Origin: Eledone cirrhosa
Lineage: Eukaryota
DNA length: 64,000 nucleotides
Assembly: GCA_964016885.1 (NCBI GenBank)
Contig: OZ024740.1
Span: 122,264,001-122,328,000 of the forward strand
Reading direction: 5' to 3'
Part shown: positions 52,379-64,000 of the stretch, piece after piece
How the letters are laid out: each line of letters opens with the position of its first letter
Position numbering within the stretch: position 1 is the stretch's first letter
Position numbers and translations under genes: made by a program
The notes under the pieces: model-generated
What the model saw: the letters and a program-made list of their open reading frames with translations, nothing else
The model's database searches: none
Told to the model about the DNA's origin: nothing

Positions 52379-53108
52379 TTAATATTTTTTTAATGCAACG
52401 CTTGTAATAACTCTAGTTAAACATGATATATATTAATAATACATTTTCGTTGTAATGTAAATAAATTATATAATTGTTAGTTTATAAATGATCTTATAAA
52501 TATTATTTTAAGATGTATAAAAATATGTTCAGACTTTTCAAATAAACAACTACAAAAAACAATCAATATTAAATACATGTATTTTACATAATAATTGTTA
52601 TAGTTGAATTAATAAAAATTAAATATCTCATACAAATAGTCTAACATAATAATAAAAAAAATAATCTAACATAATAATAATAAAATAATCTAACATAAAA
52701 CGAACAATAATATGGACATTTATACAAGTAAATATGATATAACCAATATTCAAAGCATGTTATAATGAACTGAAAAAAAATAGTTAATATAAATTTAAAA
52801 AATCATATATAAATTAGCAATATAACTTAACAAAACAAGAAAAATATTTTGATGATAAAACGACAAAATACAGGAGAGAGATTCGAAAGCGAAACGATAA
52901 ATAAATGTGCAAACAAAACGCTTTTGAGCAACAAATACTCTCGTTGATTGATTAGCCAATAAGACGATACATTACAAAACATGTTTGGAAGGAATCGCCA
53001 CGGCCAGCGATACCCCTTGACTCTTTTATTCACAAGCTACGCATATGTTGTCAGACAACATGCAGACTTAAAACATTATGTTGTTAGTCACTGCGTATCT
53101 AACATATA

Positions 53109-53146
<38 letters not shown>

Positions 53147-53299
53147 GTATATATAATTGAATATACAAGAGAGATAAATACAAATATAAACATACATGTG
53201 TTTGAATATGTTGACAGGGATAAAGTAATTGGAAGTTAAAAACAGAACGGCTATAGGCACATGAAGCCTACAACAACGGGATTAGCAAGTTAGTAAAGC

Positions 53300-53640
53300 T
53301 ACAGCTGACTGAGGCAATCGTTAATATGAAGCCGTAATGCGCACTCAAGAGAGTACAATTATTGCTCCTAATTCAGCCTCCTGCCTTCCAACAACCATGA
53401 AACAGCCCCGTGACAAATGAACGTCTCCAATTTCTTCAGTAGAGCGAAACCCACATATAGAGTGCACTGTAAATGCTTCCTTGAGAGGAACATTTATTTC
53501 GATTCCTGCTGTGTAGCACTCGGCATCAAAACTATCAAGTGCATATAGGAGATCGCCTTACTAGTTAAGTAATACTGTTTCATCTGCAAATTCCAGCCGA
53601 ATGATGGTATACTCGCAGTCTTCATTTAACTTCCAACACA
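53300..53640 (-). mobile_element. RTE-clade LINE RT remnant
   Basis: Minus strand translates IIRLEFADETVLL..LLYALDSFDAECYTAGIEIN, a degenerate FADD motif region. Confidence 0.55.
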
Positions 53641-54479
53641 CTTACGCATGGTGTAAGTTTCAAATATTTGATACATTAGCATTAATAACTGTTGCTACTT
53701 TAGGCACAAGGCCAGCAATTACCCAGTGCATTACTGGTACTTTAGCATTAATAATGTGTATTTGTTGGAATGCATTAGGTTTTAGATAAATCTATCTAAC
53801 TGAAGATTTTGTTGCTTGAGAACTTTAAAATATTTGACACTTTGCTCGTAAAATATCCTTCAATATACGTAGGTTTAACAAAGAGGGTGTGCATGTTTTA
53901 ATAGAATGCTTTCATTCCAATATGATAATCCACTGGACAGATAATTCTGTGGGAGAAATTTGAATTGACTATGGATATGTCTTTACAAATGTAAGCAGTA
54001 TATTTGATTTCGAAACGCTTTTCCGTATGTCATCTATTAACATGAGGGTTTATAGAACAGTTGATGTTCAATTAGCGCCATCGCTTGGTTCTAAAATTAG
54101 AAGCTTCGACATATATTTCTACTGTGACTTTGAATTTTAGACAAATAAGATAGCTTGTCTAGAATTCACCTGATAGAAATAATACAATTTCTGTTTTCAT
54201 TAAGATGAAAATATTTTTCTTTTCCTATTCAGTGCAATCTATGAGGGTATTGAGAAAATAATAATACCTCGCCTTAACACTTTTGCTCCTAATAAGTATA
54301 ATTTAACGTGTGTTTATATTATACATATATAGGGTCTCTCAAAAGATTAGATTATTAGATAACAAGCTTACATGAGTAAGACATACCGGAAGGTCCAGCC
54401 TTCAAGAAAGAGTGTTTATATTCATAAAATGAAATATATATTCATACTATGGTATGGTAAATAAATATATTTACAGAGG

Positions 54480-54720
54480 AACCAAACGCCCACTGTCACA
54501 TGCTACGTCTCTCCCGCTCTCCCCATCTCTCACTATTATAATCAAATGGTACACAGGTGCTGGCCGCCATGCGGTCCCGTCGGACAGAGTAAAGGAGGCG
54601 TTTCGCCGGAAAATGGTGAGGTAGACGCATTGGAAGAGCCATGCCAGCTCGTGAGGCTCACACGTGTAGGTAACCAACTCTGTGCCGATGGTGGTGAGTA
54701 GAGAAGTGTTATGTGCAGGT
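54480..54720 (-). mobile_element. 3' remnant of a CRE-clade (RLE) non-LTR retrotransposon
   Basis: SLLTTIGTELVTYTCEPHELAWLFQCVYLTIFRRNASF matches the CRE C-terminal pattern E..WL.QR.S.A..RGNA; locally GC-rich. Confidence 0.55.
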
Positions 54721-55249
54721 TTGGTTCTGATGAATATATGACATTTGAACCTTACTTATAGCAGCTTCCCGTTATTATCACAAATGCATATTATTGCCTG
54801 CATTGCGGAAATGACAATTCTCGGTAGATGTATGTATATTACTGATTTGAGATTACCCATATTGCATACATATCAAGCTGCATTAAATGTAGCTATTTAA
54901 GATACCATTTAATTGAACCTCGTCATCCGGTCCAGATCCTTTGAAAGGATTTCGTCTTACTAAAGTGAGGAATTCTAATTCAGGGATAAGAAAGTGCTAA
55001 CATTTTAAAGGAAACAATTCTTATGCGACAGAGCACCAACACTAAATACAAGCAAACAAAGATTTCAAATAAAAGGAGTATCTTTGCATTATGTCTATTT
55101 ATACAAGCATGTATATGATCCTTATCGGATGTCTATTCACTCAGCCTATTAAAGAATTTTATTTTTATTTTTGTAATGTATCCCCAAATCACCTACTCGC
55201 CGAGGAGTCTTAGTGGTGTTGAATATCTCTTCATTGATGACAAGTTTAC

Positions 55250-55282
<33 letters not shown>

Positions 55283-55342
55283 CACCCACACACGTAGGCA
55301 CGCACACACACACACGCACGCGTACACACACACGCGCACGCG

Positions 55343-55465
<123 letters not shown>

Positions 55466-55630
55466 CTGAGTGTGTGTACGCGTCTCAGTGTTGAACAAAA
55501 AGGTGACGTGGTTGCCTTAACACCGTACGGCATAAATTCAGGCTGTCAGTTTTTTACAAACGGACAAAGCGGGCGTTATAATAAGCGTCCGCTAAACTGA
55601 TACGTACATATATGTATGTGTACCTGTATG

Positions 55631-55661
<31 letters not shown>

Positions 55662-55776
55662 GCATGCTACTGTACGTCTGTATACATATATGTATGTACG
55701 TATACATACATACTTACATTTAAGTAAGTGCCGTACTAAGAGTGAGAAATGAAATTTCGTTTTCATTTTATTACAA

Positions 55777-55817
<41 letters not shown>

Positions 55818-57185
55818 GTTATACTTGGGGAGGGTCATATTTGTGTAATATTGCCAGAATTAATAACAGAACACACTCACTGTTTGGTTGGTTCTCGTTT
55901 TTCGCTTCTGTGTCTTTTATATCGGTAATCTAATTTATTCGGTCCTCAATGTTGCCATTGACTGACCAACGGTCAAAAATAATACAGATACAATATAGAT
56001 ACAAACACATATATATAGTTTATCAAAGCTCTTTCGTTGCACATCTGCAACATCATCAGTGGTGCTATTGTTTCCTCCCGTTACATTGTATTTTGTATTT
56101 TCTACGCCATCTTTATTTAGTCTGTTTATATATTTATTTATTTGTTTATTTTAGTTTGTCTTCTTTGCGCATGCGTTTGCGTGTGTGTATAGTGTTTTGT
56201 TTGATGTGTGTTCGTGATTGGGTGACTGTGTATTGGTTAATGTATTCTATCTTTACTAGTGTGTGTTTATATGTGTTTGTTGTTATTGTGCTTGTGTATG
56301 TTTATTTATTTATTTATCTATTTATTTATTTATTTATACTTCTCTTAGGTCAGTGTTGTTTGTTTGGGTGTTGTTATTCCATTCATTCTTTCTGTTTAGC
56401 CTTGGCCTTCTAAGTTCTATTTCACTGGCCTCTCTGATTTGCCGATTGCTGGGTCATTTCTATATTTAGATATTATTCTAATTTCTATGTTGTCTATGTT
56501 ACCGTCGTGTTGTTGTCTGACATATTCGTATATAACCGACCCGCTTTTTCGTCCTTTTAGTTCCCCCCAGTGTTGGTCTATCCTTTCACCTATGCTACGA
56601 GCTGTCTCGCCTATGTATGTTGTTGTCATGTTTCTGCAAGTACCCCCTGTACATCTTATGCTATAGACTACGTTTCTAGTTTTACAGTTTATCCGGGGTT
56701 ATACCTTACATATGATACATTTCCTATTAGTACAGTGGGTTTTCTTAAAAGGGTAGGTTTTGCTGATCAGGGATTTTATGGTGGTTCCTGGCTTTTCTAC
56801 CACCTTAATCTTTAAGTGGGTCTTTCTCAGGGCCCTTCTACACTGGTTCGCTAATTTCCCTCCAGGGGTAGCGTCCACAAAGATGACACTCTGGTATCTC
56901 TGGTTGTCGTACCATGAGGTGGCTTTCCCTATCTTATGTCTAGCCCTATCTAAGCTATTCCATGATTTGCTCTTGTATAATGGGCAAATTCCTTTCATGT
57001 CCAGTTCTATGAGGGTCTTATACTTCTCCATGGCTCCTTCGTATGCGCTGACTCTGTCTCTTTGGTTGTAGCCAGAGAACTGCATGCAGTTGATGAAGTG
57101 TTGGATGTGTCTTTCTATGTCTGTTGGGTCGCACATGCGGGACACATTCTTCATCACTCGGACCAAATCTGCGATCAGAATATTA
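55818..57185 (-). mobile_element. Penelope-like element (Nematis-type) 3' part with family 2 pLTR
   Basis: MQFSGY, PLYK, VIFVDATPGGKL, KVVEKPG, PFKKTHC..C..C, NVVYSIRC..C..YIGETARSIGER; hammerhead CTGATGA-t-gttgca gatg tgcaac-GAAA-gagc-TT at 56021-56064; microsatellites both sides. Confidence 0.85.
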
Positions 57186-57189
57186 AACG

Positions 57190-57266
<77 letters not shown>

Positions 57267-58665
57267 CGAAAGAGAATGAGAGAGTGGGAGGGGAGACAAA
57301 AGGGAGAGAGTAAAGATAAGTTTAGAATTTATAAGTTCAGGATTCGGCTGGAATATTACCAATAATGAACATACATGTCATTATGATTTGTAGTCTTCCA
57401 AGCGTCCATTAACTTGCACACTCAACGTAGTTTTTGGGGAAGTTCAGCATAACAAGACATGTGACAAGGCTGGACCTTTGAATTTACAAACGTTACCTAG
57501 CACTATTCACACTGAACTTCAGATATATACATAAGAGTGAGTTTGTGGGTTTGTTTATGTATTTATATTCATATCTACGTATCTATATTATACTTTGATA
57601 CAAACCTTTCATTAATTATCATCATAGGTTCTGTCGTTCATTTTAGCACACGTGTATTCTAGCTCTATAATCAATGGTGTTAAACTAATTAATGATACCA
57701 TTAACAAAATTCATAGACCGAATCAACGTAATAAGAGAATGCAGCTGCACTCACAAATCATATATAAATTTCATCCACAAGTTTCCATACATTGAGTTTT
57801 TTGTAAGGTCTTAATCGGCTTAAATCGTATGTATTCACAAATATAGCACGATAGAAACACTAATTCAACTGCATCCATTCTGCCCAGGTAATTCCTATCG
57901 ATGATAGTGTATAAAAGTTCAACCCTAAACACGTTAGGTAATGGCATAATCGAGGAATAGCCCGTTATCATGACTAAATGCCCTCAAAGAATAACACCTA
58001 TATTTCATCATTTGACTTGTCTGTGAATCTGCCTATCATATACTGGGGTTGTATTATATTTGCCTACTCGTCAGAGACGTGGTCGATATATCTGATGTAA
58101 AGGAACAAGATTATCATCAAATCGATTGGTAGCCAGGCAATCTTAAGTATTCACTTGAGACTGCTTTCTTTTAAGTATTTATTTACCAAAAAGCGCGAAG
58201 CTACACATGATTCTACAATACAAAATTATATTTTATAAAGTATTAATAACACTGATCAACAAGTATTTTTCATCAAGCATATGTCAAGGTGTACTTAGTA
58301 TAGTTTTTAATGCTGATTTTCAAATATACAATTACTTTTTTGACATCACGTATATTTTTGAAGATGAGAAGGTTTTTTTGTTTAGCTCATGCATTATATA
58401 GAAGTTCCAATTAATGATGTGTATGCATGTATTTCATTTACATGTAAACATACCTTTACAATATACTACATTATTCATTGCTACATAGGTCAGATGCAAT
58501 ATTCCATCATCTTAAATTAACCAATCAAGTTTTGTCTGATGAAATATGTATTTCAACACCTCAAATTGTCCAGTCATAATTGGTCTGATGAAATATTTCA
58601 TCATCTCAAATTCAATATAAGTATAATCGCTTGTATTTATTTCCTTACACGTTTTAGTGTTAACA

Positions 58666-60300
58666 ATGTCAAGACTGTAGAAATCGTCATGATGTGTTTG
58701 TTATGTCTGTGGACAATTTATTGTGAAAGCTCAAAAACGTACAATAACACCCGAGATCAAGAAGATTTATAATCTATACTTTGACTGTCCTCTTGGAGAT
58801 CAGGACAAGTTATGGGCACCACAATTTATCTGATCAGCTTGCTCAAATGGCTTACGTGACTGGTTCAATAAGAAGAAGTCCATGTCTTTTGCCATTCCAA
58901 TGATATGGAGGGAGCCGAAAGACCATTTTAATGACTGTTATTTTTGCAAAGTAAATGTCACAGGTTTTTCTATGAAGAATAAACACACAATTGTGTATCT
59001 TAATTTGGTTTCTGCAATGAGACCTGTGCCTCACAATGGAAATCTGCCAATTACAGTTCCACCAAATAATGGTATTGGAACATCAGATGATGATGCTGAC
59101 TGTCACGATAGTGCTGCTGAGGAAGATTACATGGCTGATGACGTAAGCTTTGAACCTCAGAAATGTTCCCAAGCTGAACTGAATTACCTTGTCAGAGACC
59201 TATCCCTCTCAAAAGATAAAGCAGAACTGTTGGCATCAAGGCTGAAGGAGAAGTATCTTCTCGAGCACGGTGTTCGTATAACTTATTTTCGGCAGAGAAA
59301 TGTGCTTCTACAAATGTGTTTTTCTGTGGAAGGCCAGCTTTGCTTTTGCAGTAACATCGATGGACTTTTCGAATGTTTATCACAAAATCATGATCCTGCA
59401 GAGTGGCGTTTGTTTATTGACTCTTCAAATCTAAGTTTAAAAGCTGTACTTCTCCATAATGGTAATTTGAAGCCCTCCATTCCTATTGCACACTCCGTTC
59501 ATCTTTATGAATCATATGAGAATATGGAACTTCATGTCATTGCCTATGAAAGATACTTATGGAAAATATGTGGAGATTTAAAAGTCATTGGTATGTTAAT
59601 GGGAATGCAGTCAGGTTTCACAAAATACTGTTGTTTCCTGTGTCTATGGGGTAGTCGGGCAACTGACAGACATTATTCGAAATCAAACTGGCCGACAAGA
59701 ACATCATACCAGCCAGGACTGTCTACCGTCAAGAATGTACTTCTTGTAGATCCATGTAATGTCTTATTGCCTCCTTTGCACATAAAGCTTGTACTGATGA
59801 AACAGTTTGTAAAGACAATAGGGAAGAGAAATGCCAGAGTGTTTGAGTATATTGTAGAAACGTTTCCCAAAATCACACGGGCGAAATTGAAAGAGGGTAT
59901 CTTTGTCGGACCCCAAATTAGATAAGTACTCAAATATGTCCACTTCAAGAGAACACTGGATGAGCTGGAACTGCCTGCCTGGAATGCTTTCAGTTGGATC
60001 TGTGATCATTTCTTGGGCAACATGAAGGCAATGGACTACAAGGATGGCATCAAGAATCTTCTGAAATATTACTCAGCAATAGGTTGTCGCATTTCACTGA
60101 AAGTTCACATCTTGGACACCCATCTGGATTTCTTCGCTGATAATCTTGGAGCGGTGTCTGATGAACATGGTGAAATATTTCACCAGGACATTAGGAGAAA
60201 CAGTACCAAGGCTTCTGGAATGACAGAATGCTAGCCGACTACTGCTAGACACTTTACAGTGATGAACCGGATCAGGAACACCGCAGGAAATCCAAATCAT
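58666..60300 (+). pseudogene. Chapaev3 transposase (stops, frameshifts)
   Basis: YVCGQF, LGDQDKLWAP, PMIWREPKDHFNDCYFC, WRLFIDSS, LKAVLLHNGN, ICGDLKV, TKYCCFLC, LPPLHIKL, KLKEGIFVGPQIR, SLKVH, GAVSDEHGE.FHQDI. Confidence 0.9.
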
Positions 60301-60393
60301 AATGTTTCTGACTCTTTTGTTCTAACTTTATCTGTTTTGTCTGACCCATGTTTTGTGTATTCACTATTTGTTGAATGATGGTGATGATTGTTT

Positions 60394-60556
60394 ACTCAAT
60401 AAACTCATTACTTTCTAAAAAATAATTGTTTCTACTTTTAGCACAAGGCCAGCAATTACCCAGTGCATTACTGGTACTTTATTGCACTGGGTAATTGCTG
60501 GCCTAGTGCCAAAAGTAGAAACAATTATTTGTTAGAAAGTAATGAGTTTATTGAGT
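60394..60556. repeat. Hairpin made of SINE 3' tail plus flanking DNA, inside the Chapaev3 3' UTR
   Basis: actcaataaactcattactttctaa..ttgtttctactttt..ggccagcaattacccagtgca mirrored after a ~15-nt loop. Confidence 0.92.
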
Positions 60557-60963
60557 TAAATGAGGTTATTGAGTCTAAAAAATAATATGTCCTTATTTAT
60601 TACGTTAATGATTTCATATATACAAATATGTAAATATTTGCATGATCCTACTGAAAAAGTGCTACGTGTTGCATGCAAATGGAGTAAAATTTTGAAATCA
60701 GCATGAAAAATGATTCTAAAATAGTTGGTTTGCATTCATAATGAGTATAATACATTTAATTTTGTTGACCAGTGTAATCATCTAAAAGTCCACCCCACCA
60801 CGACCACATAATATTATGTAAAACATATGGTACGCCAATTTCCGAACACGAGATACATAATGAGTAAGTTTGTTATATTAATAAGTCCACCTGTTGCTTG
60901 TGTATTTTCAAAGTAATTTGTAAATCATATGTTGGCTACACATAATACACATGATACACACAA

Positions 60964-61097
<134 letters not shown>

Positions 61098-61415
61098 ATA
61101 CATACATATATATATATATATTCATTTATTATGGCTAAATACTGAGTTTAGTTAATCATACGTTTCACCTGGCTGCTCACAAAGTCATCATTTCTGATAC
61201 CATGATCAGCTGACGTTTACGAAAACCATGGAGCTGATCTAAAAAGCCGCACTGGACCACAAAGATATCGGATGACATTCCAATGGTAGTCGTTTGTAAC
61301 TTTTCACTGGTTGGCGCGTAATGTTGATATATATATATATAATTATGAATAAAATAACAGGAGACTGGACTGGTGTAAATCCTTGAACAATTTATTATAC
61401 TATTGTCATTTCAAT

Positions 61416-61450
61416 GACCGGGTTCCGTATGAATCCGGCGATATCATCAG
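61416..61450 (-). ncRNA. Hammerhead-like motif in a ~210-bp insert between (TA)n tracts
   Basis: Minus strand: CTGATGA-tatcgccggattcatacg-GAAC-ccgg-TC; one core mismatch, weak stems. Confidence 0.4.
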
Positions 61451-61552
61451 GTATTCGAAATACAACAAAGGAATATATAAAAATCCATGGGTCCGAAAAT
61501 CAGTGACAGAGAGGACGACTGACCAACTAGCTGTTTTCCCCTCGGTCAGTCG

Positions 61553-61637
<85 letters not shown>

Positions 61638-61642
<5 letters not shown>

Positions 61643-61953
61643 CACTTGTGAGCAGTGAAGTTGATTTAAATTTTTGATTTAATATGTTGATTTAAACCTT
61701 CACTGCTCACAAGTGTTTTTTATGCTTTATATCATGTCTCCCTATTTTATCTGATGAGAAAGCAAATATCATCCCATGATGATATTTGTTTTTGAAATGC
61801 GCATAATAAAATACTTGCAACTCTTTTAACCATCTTTTGATCTTATATTATTTATACTCCAGTCTTTGAAGTGCTACTTATCCCATATTTGAAGTGCTAC
61901 TTATCCCATATTTGCATTGCTTTATTGTGCTACAATAAAACTCACTTCCTACA
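61638..61953 (+). mobile_element. Family 1 pLTR copy with short 5' fold-back
   Basis: aaaaacacttgtgagcagtgaag...cttcactgctcacaagtgttttt hairpin, then the unit through actcacttcctacat; internal duplication of tgaagtgctacttatcccatatt; (TA)n both sides. Confidence 0.9.
61743..61813 (+). ncRNA. Minimal type I hammerhead ribozyme (family 1), best-preserved copy
   Basis: Stem I tattttat/ataaaata; CTGATGA 61751-61757; fully paired 16-bp stem II (two G-U) with ccat loop; GAAA 61794-61797; ATGCGCAT palindrome; predicted cut after AUA at 61805. Confidence 0.9.
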
Positions 61954-61969
61954 TATACATATATATATA

Positions 61970-62102
61970 TTAGACGAAAGAAATTTCTAGCCTGATAATG
62001 GGGTTTATAACCCTCGGAGAAATGTTGACGGCAACACTCATCTTTTTCCATTTCTCCGAGGGTTATAAACCCACTATCAGGCTAGAAGTTTCTTTAGTCT
62101 AA
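61970..62102. repeat. Inverted repeat (~55-bp arms, ~24-nt loop) in (TA)n
   Basis: ttctagcctgataatggggtttataaccctcggagaaatg / catttctccgagggttataaacccactatcaggctagaa. Confidence 0.92.
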
Positions 62103-62186
62103 AATACGGTGAAAGCTTATAATTTCTAATTTCAAACTCGCGCACCGTTTCAAAAACATACTTTCATGTTTACGTTTATAATTTGC

Positions 62187-62216
<30 letters not shown>

Positions 62217-62224
<8 letters not shown>

Positions 62225-62540
62225 ATACTTTGGGAGGGTCATGTTGCCAATAAGAAACACGCACCAGTTGCTTTCACTTCAATTTATTATAATAAATTTA
62301 TAATAAATTTATAATAAATTTATAAATTTATGAATTTCTGGTTGGTTGTGGAACCAACCAACCAACCAGAAATTTATAAATTTATAAATTTATTATAAAT
62401 TTATTATAATAAATTGAAGTGAAATTTACTGGTGCGTGTGTTTCTTATTGGCAACATGACCCTCCCAAAGTATAACAATATCGGTTTCAACACACGGTTT
62501 CAGATAAAGAATCTTGCTAAACAAATTCAGAAACGAAATA
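62217..62540. mobile_element. Family 2 pLTR fold-back (~130-bp arms) plus ~60-bp 3' tail
   Basis: tgttatactttgggagggtcatgttgccaataagaaacac mirrored at ~62438-62477; tail 62478-62540 matches 47850-47912 inverted. Confidence 0.9.
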
Positions 62541-62702
62541 TATATATATATATATATATATGCAGAGAGAGAGGGGGGGGGGCAGAGAGAGGGAGAGGGG
62601 AGAGACACAGGATTCGGCTGGAATATTACCAATAACTGAACATAGTTGGCATTCTGATTTGTACTCTTCTAAGTGTCTATTAATTTTCACACTCAACGTA
62701 GA

Positions 62703-62875
62703 TCTTAGGGACGCCTTTGTAGTCCAGGAATACAGTCATCATCAAGTTGATGTTGCTCCAGACCACATCTGACGTTCTTTTGAGGGCGTTGGTGATGCTG
62801 AATGCTTAATTTGTGATGACAAATCTTTAGATTCCGGATTGTAGATGTACATCTAGAATGCATCACCAGTTATTA
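62703..62875 (-). mobile_element. Mariner transposase remnant
   Basis: ITGDAF*MYIYNPESKDLSSQIKHSASPTPSKERQ then SNINLMMTVFLDYKGV, a decayed TGDE.W...Y.PE.K.QS.QW motif. Confidence 0.7.
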
Positions 62876-64000
62876 CGGTATTGTTGGCAGTAATGTGTGA
62901 ATTGCAAATGTGACGAGTAAATAGTACACATTAGCTATCTGATGCGACTGACGCGACTGACGCATGCAGAGAGCTCGCTTAAAGCCGTGCATGGGCATTA
63001 TTGTATTTGGTTCCACATTACACGCATTTATCTTCCCGGCGTTGTTGTTTACTTTTCCAGCATACCACATTTCAACCACTATTTCAACCACCATTCCATT
63101 TTCCAGCTTTGACTCTACGTAAAACCTGAATATTCTTTTCATTATAATCTTGAGTCATATCTCTGAGGAACCATACTTGCATTTCCTTATATATTTGATA
63201 ATGTTTATCTCTATATTTATATCAATTTGTCTGTCTCAGGTGGGATACAATACACTTTCATCTTTTTTCTATTATCATCAAGTACAATGACTCAAATCAT
63301 ATAGCCAATAACTACAATTTTCACGCCATCCTTGTCAATCAGTTTAATCGGTTGTTAACAAAAGTTTAAAAAAAGAGAAAGCTGCGACGTTTTCGTTCAT
63401 CAAAGCTAGAAAAATGGTGCTTAATTAATTCCAGTTTAGTATTTTTTGATACAGTTTGAATTCAAATCTTGTTTTAACTTGGCTTCTTTAGTCATTGTTT
63501 CAAAAACTGTTATATACAATTTCGTCACTAAATATGTTGTGAAAGGAAAAAGCTTCCAAAACATCTGGAGTGTTGTAATTCACCGTTCGTATTAGAACTT
63601 TGTGCTTTATCAACCCATCATACTACTTACAACTGTATTACATACCTCTCTCTATCTCTCTCTTTCTTTCTCTCTCTCTCCCTCTCTCTCTCTCCCTCGC
63701 TCTCCCTCTCTCTCTATCTATATATCTATTTATCTCGCTATCTCTCTCTCTCTCTCTCTCTCTCTCGCTCTCTCTCTCTCTCTCCATATATATACATTTT
63801 TTTCAGTGTGGTCTACTCTTGGTGGTAGGGTCTTCTCCTTTTTCATCTACGCCATCTAAAATACCCCCTCCTCTCTTATCACTCCCATCCTACCCATTCT
63901 TCTTATTCATTGTCTTTGCAATGGTATTCACCCATATTTGTGCATAGGGTTCCACTATTTTCTCACTACCAATATCAATCTAAGGAGGTAATCTGGAATA

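Larger units (their letters stand above)
58250..60774 (+). mobile_element. Chapaev3 (CMC) DNA transposon, full length, inactive
   Basis: TIRs CACTGATCAACAA / TTGTTGACCAGTG, subterminal atgctgattt(t)caaa / tttgaaatcagcat, 3-bp TAA target duplication (58247-58249, 60775-60777). Confidence 0.9.

Noticed and set aside
61992-62024. CTGATAA..GAAA in a hairpin arm as a hammerhead
   Set aside because: Mismatched C3/A8 (the mirror copy differs again), extra bases before GAAA, no UH site or stem I

Overview
Eukaryotic, AT-rich, microsatellite-dense intergenic or intronic DNA with no host gene that I can support. The SINE families resemble those I know from octopod cephalopods (inference). Nearly everything interpretable is transposon-derived. 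(1) A ~17.6 kb stack of four non-LTR retrotransposons lies in one (TAA)n microsatellite: two Dong/R4-type on +, two Tx1/L1-type on -. (2) Penelope-like elements (PLEs) of three kinds are present: a near full-length decayed Naiad-type, a Neptune-type with long inverted repeats, and a Nematis-type 3' end. (3) Many short PLE terminal-repeat fragments sit in (TA)n tracts, often as fold-back hairpins, and carry minimal type I hammerhead ribozymes; one family has five copies with an intact core. (4) Also present are a Chapaev3 DNA transposon, mariner derivatives, RTE and CRE remnants, and tRNA-derived SINEs. The most notable signals are the hammerhead/hairpin system, convergent (TAA)n targeting by unrelated endonucleases, a SINE tail resembling the Tx1 3' end, and a conserved 52-nt GT-AG interval that would fuse Tx1 ORF1 to ORF2 in frame. 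All family calls come from motif recognition by eye, not database searches.
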